A stretch of 64,000 bases of DNA, taken from the NCBI GenBank assembly GCA_038326365.1, contig JBBQJY010000001.1, forward strand, positions 12,128 through 76,127, read 5' to 3'. Below are positions 1-8,900 of this stretch, piece by piece. Below the pieces are notes generated by a model that was not told where the DNA came from, ran no database searches, and saw only the letters and a program-made list of their open reading frames with translations. This stretch comes from Candidatus Curtissbacteria bacterium (GTDB lineage: Bacteria > Patescibacteriota > Microgenomatia > Curtissbacterales > GWA2-41-24). The translations under genes and the position numbers were made by a program. Numbering within the stretch: position 1 is the stretch's first letter; each line of letters begins with the position of its first letter.

Positions 1-948
1 TTCAAAATCCAAATATCTGCAAATTATAAAAACAAAGATTGCGCACCAAAAAAAGACGAAGTTCACGGAAACAAAACCCAGCATAAAAAGAAAAGCCGAA
101 ATTAAGAGCCAAACAGGGGGTTGTATTTTGGCTCTAACAAACAAAAGAGCAAGCCCAACTCCAGTTATCGCAAACAAAATGTTAACTGGAAAGAATAACC
201 CCACCGGTTGCCATTCCTGAATATAGTCCAAGTTAGCAAATGTTGTGAAATCACGAGCTACCCCGGAATGCCATAGGGCAAACGGGAAAGGCGTCAGAAA
301 ACATCCTAAAAAACCTCCAGTCAAACAGAAAATTGGAAGGATTAAATCATTTTTGTCTCGCGATTTTTGGCCTAACCAATTGAGTAAAATATATAGGCCA
401 AAAACACCAAGCCCCACCAAAAAACCGCGATGAAAATTAGCCCAAAGAGCAAAAAAACAAAAATAGAAAAAAGGCTGAAATTTCTTGTTAAAAAAATTAA
501 TCTCCAACAGCAGTAAAAGCACTGCAAAAAAAACGAATGACACCATGTGTGGGCGAACAGACAAATTGGCACGAGACAGAACAATCGCGACAACAACAAA
601 AAAGGCTTTTAGCAAATTTAGCTCTTTGGTTAAAACCAAAAACGCCAGAGTTCCTAAGATTCCAAAAAGAACTACTAAGGCGAAAAAGCCAAAATATTTC
701 AAAACAACAGCAATAAAAATCTGATAAAAAAAATAAGAATTGCCCCAAATGTAACCCGGAATCGTCCAAGAAAATATGTCTGCTCGCAATATCCCCTGAC
801 CCTCTAAAAAATGGCTCCCGATAGCCTGGTGCCAACCAAAATCAGGGTCAATGGCAAAATGGGAAAGTATAAAAAGCCCAAACAAACATATAATTATATG
901 GAATTTAAAAGCCCAAATTGGCCGAAGTACCTTATTTTTTCTCAACAT
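1..948 (-). CDS. Polytopic membrane protein, probably a GT-C-fold glycosyltransferase. It is 5'-complete (ATG at 948) and runs off the window at position 1. The ORF track missed it because it has no in-window stop codon.
   Basis: I translated the minus strand from the ATG at 948 to position 1 by hand and found 316 codons with no stop. The product begins MLRKNKVLRPIWAFKFHIIICLFGLFILSHFAIDPDFGWHQAIGSHFLEGQ and is rich in hydrophobic Phe/Leu/Ile segments, with an acidic DPD motif in the first loop as in GT-C enzymes. The ORFs at 372..599 and 497..835 lie in other frames over the same DNA and are probably spurious. Confidence 0.55.
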   Translation of the reverse strand, partial: MLRKNKVLRPIWAFKFHIIICLFGLFILSHFAIDPDFGWHQAIGSHFLEGQGILRADIFSWTIPGYIWGNSYFFYQIFIAVVLKYFGFFALVVLFGILGTLAFLVLTKELNLLKAFFVVVAIVLSRANLSVRPHMVSFVFFAVLLLLLEINFFNKKFQPFFYFCFFALWANFHRGFLVGLGVFGLYILLNWLGQKSRDKNDLILPIFCLTGGFLGCFLTPFPFALWHSGVARDFTTFANLDYIQEWQPVGLFFPVNILFAITGVGLALLFVRAKIQPPVWLLISAFLFMLGFVSVNFVFFWCAIFVFIICRYLDFE

Positions 949-2584
949 TAAAAAGTGGTGATCTAATAGAAATGTAGCCCGGCGCCCTCAAGTTGAAAAT
1001 AGTTTTGAAGTCCCCACCCGCAACACCAATACTCCCCCGATTCGTTTCAAATGAAACGTTGGCTGTACTACCGTTGTCCGAATAACTAACAGATACTCCA
1101 GAAACAGACGTAACAGCCCCTCCCGCTTTTGAATCGGCTAGTCCGCGCAGTTCCTCAACCGAATATGGATTACCTCCCCAGCACGATGTCGTAGTCGGAG
1201 TAACTCGGGATCCGTCCACACCGTCTTTGCCCTGAACAAGCCAGGCGTTTAAAATATCAGCCATCTCAGCTCCCGTCAGCCAAGGATGAGATCTGCCGCA
1301 TTTTCCCGAAGAATTAGAATAGCTTTGGGTGTACCAAGATTTATAAAACCATGGAGATCCGGCAATTTTTTCCCAAGCACCGGCTGTCCAGCAACTTCTG
1401 CCTCCGCAATTTGTATCCCAACCACTCGTATTTAAATATCCACCACTCGTTGAAGCATATTGGGCCGAAAATGCGTGCCCTCCGTCTGTCAAAACAACTC
1501 CCTTAGTATCCCGAACTGCCTGCTCCCAAGCACCACCCTTACTGTGACCAATATAAACCTGGCAGGATTCAGTCGCACAAATTGATTTTGTACCGTTGTT
1601 TGTGTAAGAAAGTGCATAAGATCTTGCAGCTACAGCTTGCGCTTTTAACGCTTCGCTGTTCCAACTACCTGGCATTTCAGCAATACCATATAAATATTGT
1701 TGGAAATCAACAGATCCATATCCATCAACCGAAATATTTCCCGGTTCGCTAGAACCGCTTTGGACTTGCTTACCCGGATAATATTTATTCAAAATATCGT
1801 GATAATTTTGCCCAGAATCTGCTCTGGCTTTTGCCCCATATTGACTCATTCCATTTCTATGCGAATACGCACCAAAAGAAAACGCCGCAAAAGCTGGCGA
1901 AAAACCCGGGTTAAAAGCTGGCGAAGCATTTGAGTCATCCGCAAGTGGCACATCGCCCACCGATGTTGTAAAGGTTCCACCACTTTTTGCACTAACTATT
2001 TCCTGTTGGCGAACTGTGAGCGCCGCTATTTTGCCGGCAAGCTCACTTTGCAAGGATTTCGCCGAAGCAATTTCACCCTTCAAACCTTGCCTTTGCTTAT
2101 CTATTTGCCCCTGCGCAGAAGCCAATCTTTTTCGATCATCAGCCAGTTTGTTAATCTTTGCCGTAATCGATTCGATTAGATCCTTATCAGATCTACTTGT
2201 ACTCTGCTGAAAAGCAATCAGCTTTAGAGTGTCACGTGCGTCATCTGCCGAGAACAACGTCAGAAGCGGAATATCTACAAAGCTTCTTATGTAAAAGTTG
2301 CGCACCGTTGAAGACAAAATCAGTTTTTGAGATTGCAATTCACGTTCACTTTTGTCCAAATCTTGCCCAATCGATTTAATTTTCGTTGAAATTGAACTCA
2401 ATTGTCCCTCCAAATCTTTTACTTTACCCTCAAGTGGCGTTGTAGCTTTTTTAGATTCGTCAAGTTGATGAGACAAATCGTCAATTTGCTTTTGCAGGTC
2501 ACCAATGTCATCGGCCCGAATAGTTGTAAAAAAAACAAACAGTGGCAAAATAGCCAAGAAAAGAAGAAGCAGTAATTTCCTCAT
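932..2584 (-). CDS. Secreted SpoIID/LytB-domain protein with an N-terminal coiled-coil region (peptidoglycan remodelling)
   Basis: Signal-peptide-like N-terminus MRKLLLLLFLAILPLFVFF, then a coiled-coil stretch rich in Gln/Glu/Lys. The motif GAYSHRNGMSQYGAKA matches the SpoIID/LytB GxGMSQxGA signature. Confidence 0.6.
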   Translation of the reverse strand: MRKLLLLLFLAILPLFVFFTTIRADDIGDLQKQIDDLSHQLDESKKATTPLEGKVKDLEGQLSSISTKIKSIGQDLDKSERELQSQKLILSSTVRNFYIRSFVDIPLLTLFSADDARDTLKLIAFQQSTSRSDKDLIESITAKINKLADDRKRLASAQGQIDKQRQGLKGEIASAKSLQSELAGKIAALTVRQQEIVSAKSGGTFTTSVGDVPLADDSNASPAFNPGFSPAFAAFSFGAYSHRNGMSQYGAKARADSGQNYHDILNKYYPGKQVQSGSSEPGNISVDGYGSVDFQQYLYGIAEMPGSWNSEALKAQAVAARSYALSYTNNGTKSICATESCQVYIGHSKGGAWEQAVRDTKGVVLTDGGHAFSAQYASTSGGYLNTSGWDTNCGGRSCWTAGAWEKIAGSPWFYKSWYTQSYSNSSGKCGRSHPWLTGAEMADILNAWLVQGKDGVDGSRVTPTTTSCWGGNPYSVEELRGLADSKAGGAVTSVSGVSVSYSDNGSTANVSFETNRGSIGVAGGDFKTIFNLRAPGYISIRSPLFNVEKK

Positions 2585-2709
2585 CGAAAGACTTATCTAT
2601 TCTAACTTTTAAGTATTTATTTATCCAGTAAAGCTGTTTACCAATGATATTCGCCTTCCGCACTTTCAAGTTTTACTGCATTGGCGAAGAGATGTTAGAC
2701 TAAGTTAGA

Positions 2710-3780
2710 GTGCATTTGACTACCCAAAATCTGCTTAAATTCTCATTTCTTGTTTCAGCTCTTTTTCTACTGAGCACAAAGCTCACATTTGCAACAGTGC
2801 CTTCGGTTGTGACACCGACAACGATCGATGAAAATACCGACCACGCGACTGTCCAATTTAGCGGCCTTAGCCCCAACACTGATTACGAATACTGTGGCGC
2901 CGACTCGCCTTCAACCTGCAATGCTAGGAAAAAAACCATCAAATCCGATAGCTCAGGAACAGTAATCATAGACAATCTGTGCGCGGCCGGAGAACACCTG
3001 CTTGAGCCAAAAAGTGGAGGTTGCGACTCGGGCGACTTCTTTTGGGGAGACAGAACTTACGCAATTAAACTATACACATCTTGGCCAAATGAAATCGGCA
3101 ATGCGTCATTCAAAGTAAAACGGGTTATACCTAGTTTCGATATTACTTCAGATAACGGCTTCAAACCGGGCTCAGCTATAACTGCAAAAGTAAAAGGTAG
3201 CAGAAGGCCGATTGATAGCCCTGACAGAAACGCTTACTTGTTAGAAATTACTGGCAGTCCAAACCCTAGCAATAATTCACTTAAGATTTTTGAGCTGAAT
3301 AACTCAGAAGGAGATTACACTTTTAGCACCCTTTCCATAGCTAGCGGAGACTACACAATATCTTTAACCGGCCAAAATCATGGTTCGGAAGACGGCTTTG
3401 ATTTTGGGAAGATAGGCTTCAAAATAGATACTGCTGGCGGTGGGATAACCAGCGGCAGTGGCCCAACCTCTGGCAGCAACGCAGGCGTTGGTTCCAATCC
3501 CTGTGGCACCACTTGCCCCACAGCCCTAGGCGACCTGCCTCTCAATTTTCAAGAACTCGTCAATACCAAAATCTTACCAGCGGCTATCGGCATGGCCGGC
3601 GGTATTGCCCTAATTCTTATGGTCATTGGCTCAATCAGGATGCTTATGTCCCAAGGCGACCAACAAAAGTTAAACGGCGGTCGAGAAATGTTTGTTGCTG
3701 CTCTGGCGGGTTTGCTTTTCCTAATCTTTTCGACTCTCATTCTCAGGTTTATCGGCATTAATATTATCGGTATAAAATGA
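2710..3780 (+). CDS. T4SS pilin-like protein (VirB2/TrbC-like C-terminal two-TM hairpin) with a roughly 250-aa N-terminal secreted domain
   Basis: Signal peptide, then a C-terminus ILPAAIGMAGGIALILMVIGSIRMLMSQGDQQKLNGGREMFVAALAGLLFLIF that shares the TM-[ST]xGD-x-K-x(3)-AR-x-TM motif of the five downstream paralogs. Confidence 0.5.
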   Translation: MHLTTQNLLKFSFLVSALFLLSTKLTFATVPSVVTPTTIDENTDHATVQFSGLSPNTDYEYCGADSPSTCNARKKTIKSDSSGTVIIDNLCAAGEHLLEPKSGGCDSGDFFWGDRTYAIKLYTSWPNEIGNASFKVKRVIPSFDITSDNGFKPGSAITAKVKGSRRPIDSPDRNAYLLEITGSPNPSNNSLKIFELNNSEGDYTFSTLSIASGDYTISLTGQNHGSEDGFDFGKIGFKIDTAGGGITSGSGPTSGSNAGVGSNPCGTTCPTALGDLPLNFQELVNTKILPAAIGMAGGIALILMVIGSIRMLMSQGDQQKLNGGREMFVAALAGLLFLIFSTLILRFIGINIIGIK

Positions 3781-4457
3781 AAAAACTCTTTATTTTTTTA
3801 TTGGCTTTTGTAGCTTTCCTTCAATTTTCTAATGCGAACATCGCTCATGCCCAAACAGGCTGCCCTGCCCCAGGCTGGACTATCAGAATTCTCAACGCTT
3901 CAGGAAATGATGTAGATGTAGACTTTAGCGGCAAGCCAGCTGGCCACTTAAGCGTTGTGCATATCAGTGGATTTAAGGGTAATTATGACCTACCAATACC
4001 CGATGGCGCTCTCGATATTCATTTCCATGGGATAGATGACATTTACGCAGCAACTATGGTCTTTGCAGGCTGCAATATTTCGAATACTACTAGCTTTACC
4101 ATGCCTCCCGGTGGTGCTGGCCTACCCGGTGGTGGAGGCGGCAAGGCAACCCAATGCGGCTCGTTCGATGCATGTACATCAGGCGGTTTGGCCCCATCAG
4201 GTTTTTCAACCCAAAGCTTTATTACTCAACTCATCACCAAAATTCTTCCAATCGTCATCGGCGTTGGTGGATTCCTGGCAATCATTATGATACTTATTTC
4301 GGCAACACAATTTATAACCTCAAGCGGCAATCCAGAAGCGGCAGCAAGCGCCCGCGGCCGCCTCATTTTTGCAATTGTCGGCTTTGCACTCTTGATCTTG
4401 GCCTTTGCCATAACCAAAGTCATAGACCAAATATTTCTCAAAAGTGGAGCCATTTAA
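3777..4457 (+). CDS. T4SS pilin-like protein (VirB2/TrbC-like) with an N-terminal extracellular domain
   Basis: Signal peptide and C-terminus LISATQFITSSGNPEAAASARGRLIFAIVGFALLILAFAI. The start overlaps the upstream stop by 4 nt (ATGA). Confidence 0.5.
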   Translation: MKKLFIFLLAFVAFLQFSNANIAHAQTGCPAPGWTIRILNASGNDVDVDFSGKPAGHLSVVHISGFKGNYDLPIPDGALDIHFHGIDDIYAATMVFAGCNISNTTSFTMPPGGAGLPGGGGGKATQCGSFDACTSGGLAPSGFSTQSFITQLITKILPIVIGVGGFLAIIMILISATQFITSSGNPEAAASARGRLIFAIVGFALLILAFAITKVIDQIFLKSGAI

Positions 4458-4465
4458 GAAAGAAC

Positions 4466-4792
4466 ATGTACATTCCCCATCTTGACGCTTATGCCGATTT
4501 CGACCTTGCCAGCCAATTCTCTCCTGCCGGAATACCCGGCCTTACAAGTTTAGGCGCACTGGCAACAATCATCGTTAAATTCTTAATTTCCATAGTCGGA
4601 ATTCTAGCTATTATTTTTATAATTATCGCCGGCATAAAAATAGTCAGCTCCGGCGGAGACTCCAAAAAATTAGACGGTGCTCGCGCAACTCTTACCTATG
4701 CTATTATTGGACTAGTTGTGGCAATTCTTGCGTTTGTAATCGTCAATATTGTGCAGAAATTCCTAGGCTCGACTGTCGCCATAACCTCATGA
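4466..4792 (+). CDS. T4SS pilin-like protein (VirB2/TrbC family), about 109 aa
   Basis: The ATG at 4466 follows the upstream stop at 4455-4457. The motif is IIAGIKIVSSGGDSKKLDGARATLTYAIIGLVVAILAF. The long N-terminal extension in the 4154 ORF has no protein-like character and overlaps the upstream gene. Confidence 0.55.
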   Translation: MYIPHLDAYADFDLASQFSPAGIPGLTSLGALATIIVKFLISIVGILAIIFIIIAGIKIVSSGGDSKKLDGARATLTYAIIGLVVAILAFVIVNIVQKFLGSTVAITS

Positions 4793-5130
4793 GACTCGCA
4801 GCTGGTATAGGCACAATCACTGCCCCGCCCGAACTTGCAAAAGCTAATCCTGTGGACCCGCAAGCATATGTTGCCGGTTTTGTCAGGAACGGCATCAGCC
4901 TACTTTTAATTGTTGCTTTCATCCTTTCTTTTCTATTTACAATTATCGCCGGCATCAAGTTTGTAACCTCCGGAGGTGACGAAAAGGCTGTTTCTAGTGC
5001 CTGGTCTTCAATTTATTACGGCTTTATTGGGATGCTTATTGTAATCGGGTCATACGCTATTATAAGATTAATTGAGACCTTTTTTGGTGTTAGTATAATA
5101 TCAAGCGGTTTTCAACTGCCCACACCATAA
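4789..5130 (+). CDS. T4SS pilin-like protein (VirB2/TrbC family)
   Basis: Motif TIIAGIKFVTSGGDEKAVSSAWSSIYYGFIGMLIVIGSYAII. There is a 4-nt overlap with the upstream gene. Confidence 0.55.
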   Translation: MRLAAGIGTITAPPELAKANPVDPQAYVAGFVRNGISLLLIVAFILSFLFTIIAGIKFVTSGGDEKAVSSAWSSIYYGFIGMLIVIGSYAIIRLIETFFGVSIISSGFQLPTP

Positions 5131-5160
5131 AGTGCAAAAACAAAGGGGGTGAAACAAAAT

Positions 5161-5568
5161 ATGTTTGCGAAAATCAAAAAATTAGCCATACCATCAGTGG
5201 GTCTAGGTTTGCTACTATCAGCACCCGGATCCATCTTTGCGCAAGCAATTGGCGGAGGCGGAGCACTAGTTCCTACCGAAATTGCCCCAATTAATGACAT
5301 TGTCCAAGTAATTAGAAATGCTATCAGATTCATTTTGCTGATCGCTTTTGTCTTGGCATTTATATTCTTAATTATCGGCGGTATTCGCTGGATAACAGCT
5401 GGAGGAGACGAAAAAGCAGTCTCAAGCGCTCGCGGTATGATAACAGCAGCACTTATCGGATTAGTCGTAGTTCTAGTTTCATATGCACTCATCGTACTTG
5501 TCGAAACATTCTTTGGTGTCCATATTATCTCTGGCCCAATCACTATTCCGCAGGTTACTGATAAATAA
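5161..5568 (+). CDS. T4SS pilin-like protein (VirB2/TrbC family) with a signal peptide
   Basis: ATG at 5161 preceded by aaggggg. Signal peptide ends LLLSAPGSIFAQA, then LIIGGIRWITAGGDEKAVSSARGMITAALIGLVVVLVSYALIVL. Confidence 0.55.
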   Translation: MFAKIKKLAIPSVGLGLLLSAPGSIFAQAIGGGGALVPTEIAPINDIVQVIRNAIRFILLIAFVLAFIFLIIGGIRWITAGGDEKAVSSARGMITAALIGLVVVLVSYALIVLVETFFGVHIISGPITIPQVTDK

Positions 5569-5599
5569 AGCAGGGCTCATCACGGCTCAGTTAGCAGTT

Positions 5600-5911
5600 A
5601 TGCTAACTGCTCAAGCTATGGTCAGTCCTGCTTATGCGGCGCCACCAACTATCCACGACATCCAGACGATTTTTCAAAACATCATTGGGCTGCTCGCCCC
5701 TGCAACAGCGGTTGCCTTTTTAATAATGCTAATAGTTGGCGGCTTTAAATTTTTAACCTCCGGCGGTGACCCAAAAGCAGTAGGCAGTGCCCGCAGTACA
5801 ATGACTTACGCTATTCTCGGAGTTATCCTGGTTGTTGCCTCTTGGTTAATCCTAGTTCTTGTAAAAGAAATCACAGGCTACGACGTCACCACGTTCAAAT
5901 TGCCTTTCTAA
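5600..5911 (+). CDS. T4SS pilin-like protein (VirB2/TrbC family) with a signal peptide
   Basis: ATG at 5600 lies downstream of the previous stop at 5568. Signal-like MLTAQAMVSPAYAAPP, then LIVGGFKFLTSGGDPKAVGSARSTMTYAILGVILVVASWLIL. The 5483 start would overlap the upstream gene by 86 nt. Confidence 0.5.
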   Translation: MLTAQAMVSPAYAAPPTIHDIQTIFQNIIGLLAPATAVAFLIMLIVGGFKFLTSGGDPKAVGSARSTMTYAILGVILVVASWLILVLVKEITGYDVTTFKLPF

Positions 5912-5956
5912 AGCCGGTATTGCCAAGTACAAACTTCTCTCTGTTATACTAATTTC

Positions 5957-8900
5957 ATGCCTGTCCACAAGGACGTACTGTCCAAAGCAAAAAGGCCCAA
6001 GTCAAAGCCATGGCTAGGTATCATATTCATCGCTTTGCTCATATCCATCAACCTCTCAATTTTTACCTCAGCAGTACAAGCCGCTCCTGGAGGCGCCCCT
6101 GCTCCCCAACCCTGTTTTAACCCTGAACCCGTCTACGTTAAAGACGCAGGCGGTAATTTTGTTCTCGACGCCAACGGCCAAAAAGTAGAAAACCTTACGG
6201 ACAACTATTTAACGGACACCAATGGTGACCCTCTCGGACCGGAAGAAACAGACAATAAACTTACTAATCCTGAAGCACTCAAGTTCACAATTGTCTATAC
6301 AGGTCATAAAGGAGATCTTGTTCACTTAACAAAAAGAAATCAAGTTAAAGTCGATTTTTCCAAGCTTCAGGCAATTTTTGGCGCCCCCAACTCTAACTTT
6401 GCAGATGGCGGCGCTCAAAGCATCGACCATGCCCAAACAAACTTAATGGGTCTTAAAAATCCTCTCATATACCAGGGCCCGGCACAAAAAGCAGTATTCA
6501 AAGTGCTGACCGATGCTCAACGCATAAAATACGTTAAATACGTTTATGACAAACCCGAACTTGGAGAATCTGGCACAAAGTTTACAGATTACAACGGCCA
6601 AGATCCTAAAAACATTCACGAATTAGTGGGTGCATTTTCCCTACCCAGCCCACCTCCAGCCGGCACCACAGACCAGCATTGGCTGGATACTTGGGCAAAG
6701 TATTGGGAAAAACTACCCACTACGTACAACGAATTTACAATTGGTAAATTGGAGTTTCGAGAGCTACATGGCCTCCAATTAATCGAAAACGTCAAGAAAG
6801 GAGTCGACAATTCCTGCAGCAAATTTAATCCACTAAGAACTGTCGAATTTCCCGTACCCAACTTTTTTCGGACAGCCGCAACTTCAGGCGCACTAAACCA
6901 AGTTCTTGTCCCCAAAACCGCCCAAAGCGACCAGAATGATCTCTTGGACATCAAAGGTGCAGTTCTCGGTGTTAAAACTTCTACCTTGGATTTTTTACAG
7001 TATTGCATCAAATTTGCCCAAAAAAACCCTGTCTCCCAGGCCATCAAAAAAGTTATTAGCTTAGGAACCCAATCTATCAAAAGTTCTTATATTGCTTATG
7101 CGGCTTGGAACCTCAATTTGGCCAGCGTTGGTTCAAATTCAGCCCGCTTCACTTTCGACCCACCAGGCAACGGCAATTTTGGACTTGTTGCCAAAAACAA
7201 TAGTACAGGTCAAACATGGGACAGTGGTGCAATCTCAAATGGTACGTCGAGTGTCACCTTTAATGGCCTCACCCCCGGCAATTATCGCGCTGTGCTTATA
7301 TTTGCTACCTCCGAAATAAGCAATGCAGTCACTTTCGATATCAACTCGGCCGATCCTTCTCCTCAGCCAACATCAAGCTGGACACTTAGCGTTCAAGCCT
7401 CTCCCATTAGGGGTTCAAACGTCCGGTTTGACTACAATCCTGAAGCCAATAGCGTCATGGCGCTCATCGTCTATGACCAAAACAACAACACCGTTACCGA
7501 TTCAGGCTCAATAGACCGCAGCACAACTTGGACTTGGACAAATGCCAGACCAGGTGTTTACCACGCCCAATTATTCGCTTACGGTATCGCACCTGTTTCC
7601 AATGTTGTCAATTTTGAAGTCCAATGGCTCTTAAATAACCCCACTGTCGACATTAGACCGCTGGCCGGAATAAACAACGTCAACTTCACTTTTGCCCCCC
7701 AGGGCAACAACGACGGCGCCAATCTCTCTCTTTTAACTTATGTCAATACAACTCCCCGAGGCACTGCCTTTTATGACAGCGCCGTCTCTGGCGTAAATCT
7801 AAATGGTCAAACCTCCCATGCATTGCCTCTTAACAAAGTTCGCTGGGGAAAATGGGTGGCGGTCCTCATTAAAGGCTTAAGTGCAGTTTCCAATGAAGTT
7901 ACTTACGAAGTTCCCTACGTTTTAGAAGTAGAAAACAACTCGGGCTCCGTAACATTCCATTACGGACCCCCACTCCATATTGGCCCTCCTTCGGCAAATG
8001 CCATGGCCATTATTGTCAAAAGAAAATATATCGACAAAGTCGTCTGGGACAGCGGACCCCTAGCTCTTGATTCAACCTCTGTCCACTGGACCGATAACGC
8101 CCAACCCGGAGACATGGAAGCTTGTCTTCTTTACGATGGCAAGACCGAGCTCAGCGCCCACAATTTAGTTTGCAAGCCCATCAGCGTTTCCACCAATTAC
8201 CCCTGGAAAATTATTACTCTGGACAAAGACAAATCTTGCATAAAGGTTTCCGGCTCCGGCAAAGCAGGCAACGCTCCATTCTGCGCCATCTACCCAACTA
8301 AATTTGAACCCTCCGTCAAAGGCCAAACAAACGTTTTCCCGGGCGAATGTGCCGACCCTAACCCTAGCCGCTATAAACTAAACGACCAATCCAATGTCGT
8401 TTGCACATTCACTTTCGACTGGGACTCTTCAAAATTCGACGGTATTCCGGACAAAGAACTGCGTCTTCCCGCTTCCGGCCCCGGCAATTGGGACAAATGC
8501 GATTATGCGGGTGATTTCGTCACTTGCTATTTAACTGTCGGAATCTGGCCCGATTTTAGGGTTCCATTCTTAGCACAATCTTGGAACAACACTCAATTTT
8601 CAAATAAAGATGAGGTCTTGCCCACCCTTCAAGAAACAGGCCGTCCCGGCTATTACACATTTGGTCAACCAAAAGCTGTGGCCGAATATGATCCGCTGCA
8701 AGAGCTGGTCAACAACTGTGACCCGGCAATTCCCGGTTCCCAAGCCTGCAAGGACTTGGTCAATAAAGTCACCAGTGGTGATTACCCAACCAAATATCCA
8801 GGTCTTAGCGATTGTGTAACCAGTTACCTTATGCAATTACCCCAATTAGTTACCTGCATTAAAGGTGTCGCCAGCCTTATCCCCAAAAACCTGCCAGGTC

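Noticed and set aside
372-835. ORF-track entries 372..599(-), 497..835(-) and 485..724(+)
   Set aside because: All three overlap the long stop-free minus-strand frame I translated from 948 to 1. Their own translations are Cys/Phe-rich nonsense or Lys-rich antisense, so they are shadow ORFs of the real membrane-protein CDS.
4154-4465. Long N-terminal extension of the 4154..4792 ORF (212 aa)
   Set aside because: The first 104 residues overlap the upstream pilin gene out of frame and have no protein-like composition. The conserved pilin module begins at the ATG at 4466, right after the upstream stop.
5483-5599. Upstream start at 5483 for the last pilin paralog
   Set aside because: It would overlap the preceding pilin gene by 86 nt. 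The signal-peptide-like sequence begins at the ATG at 5600.
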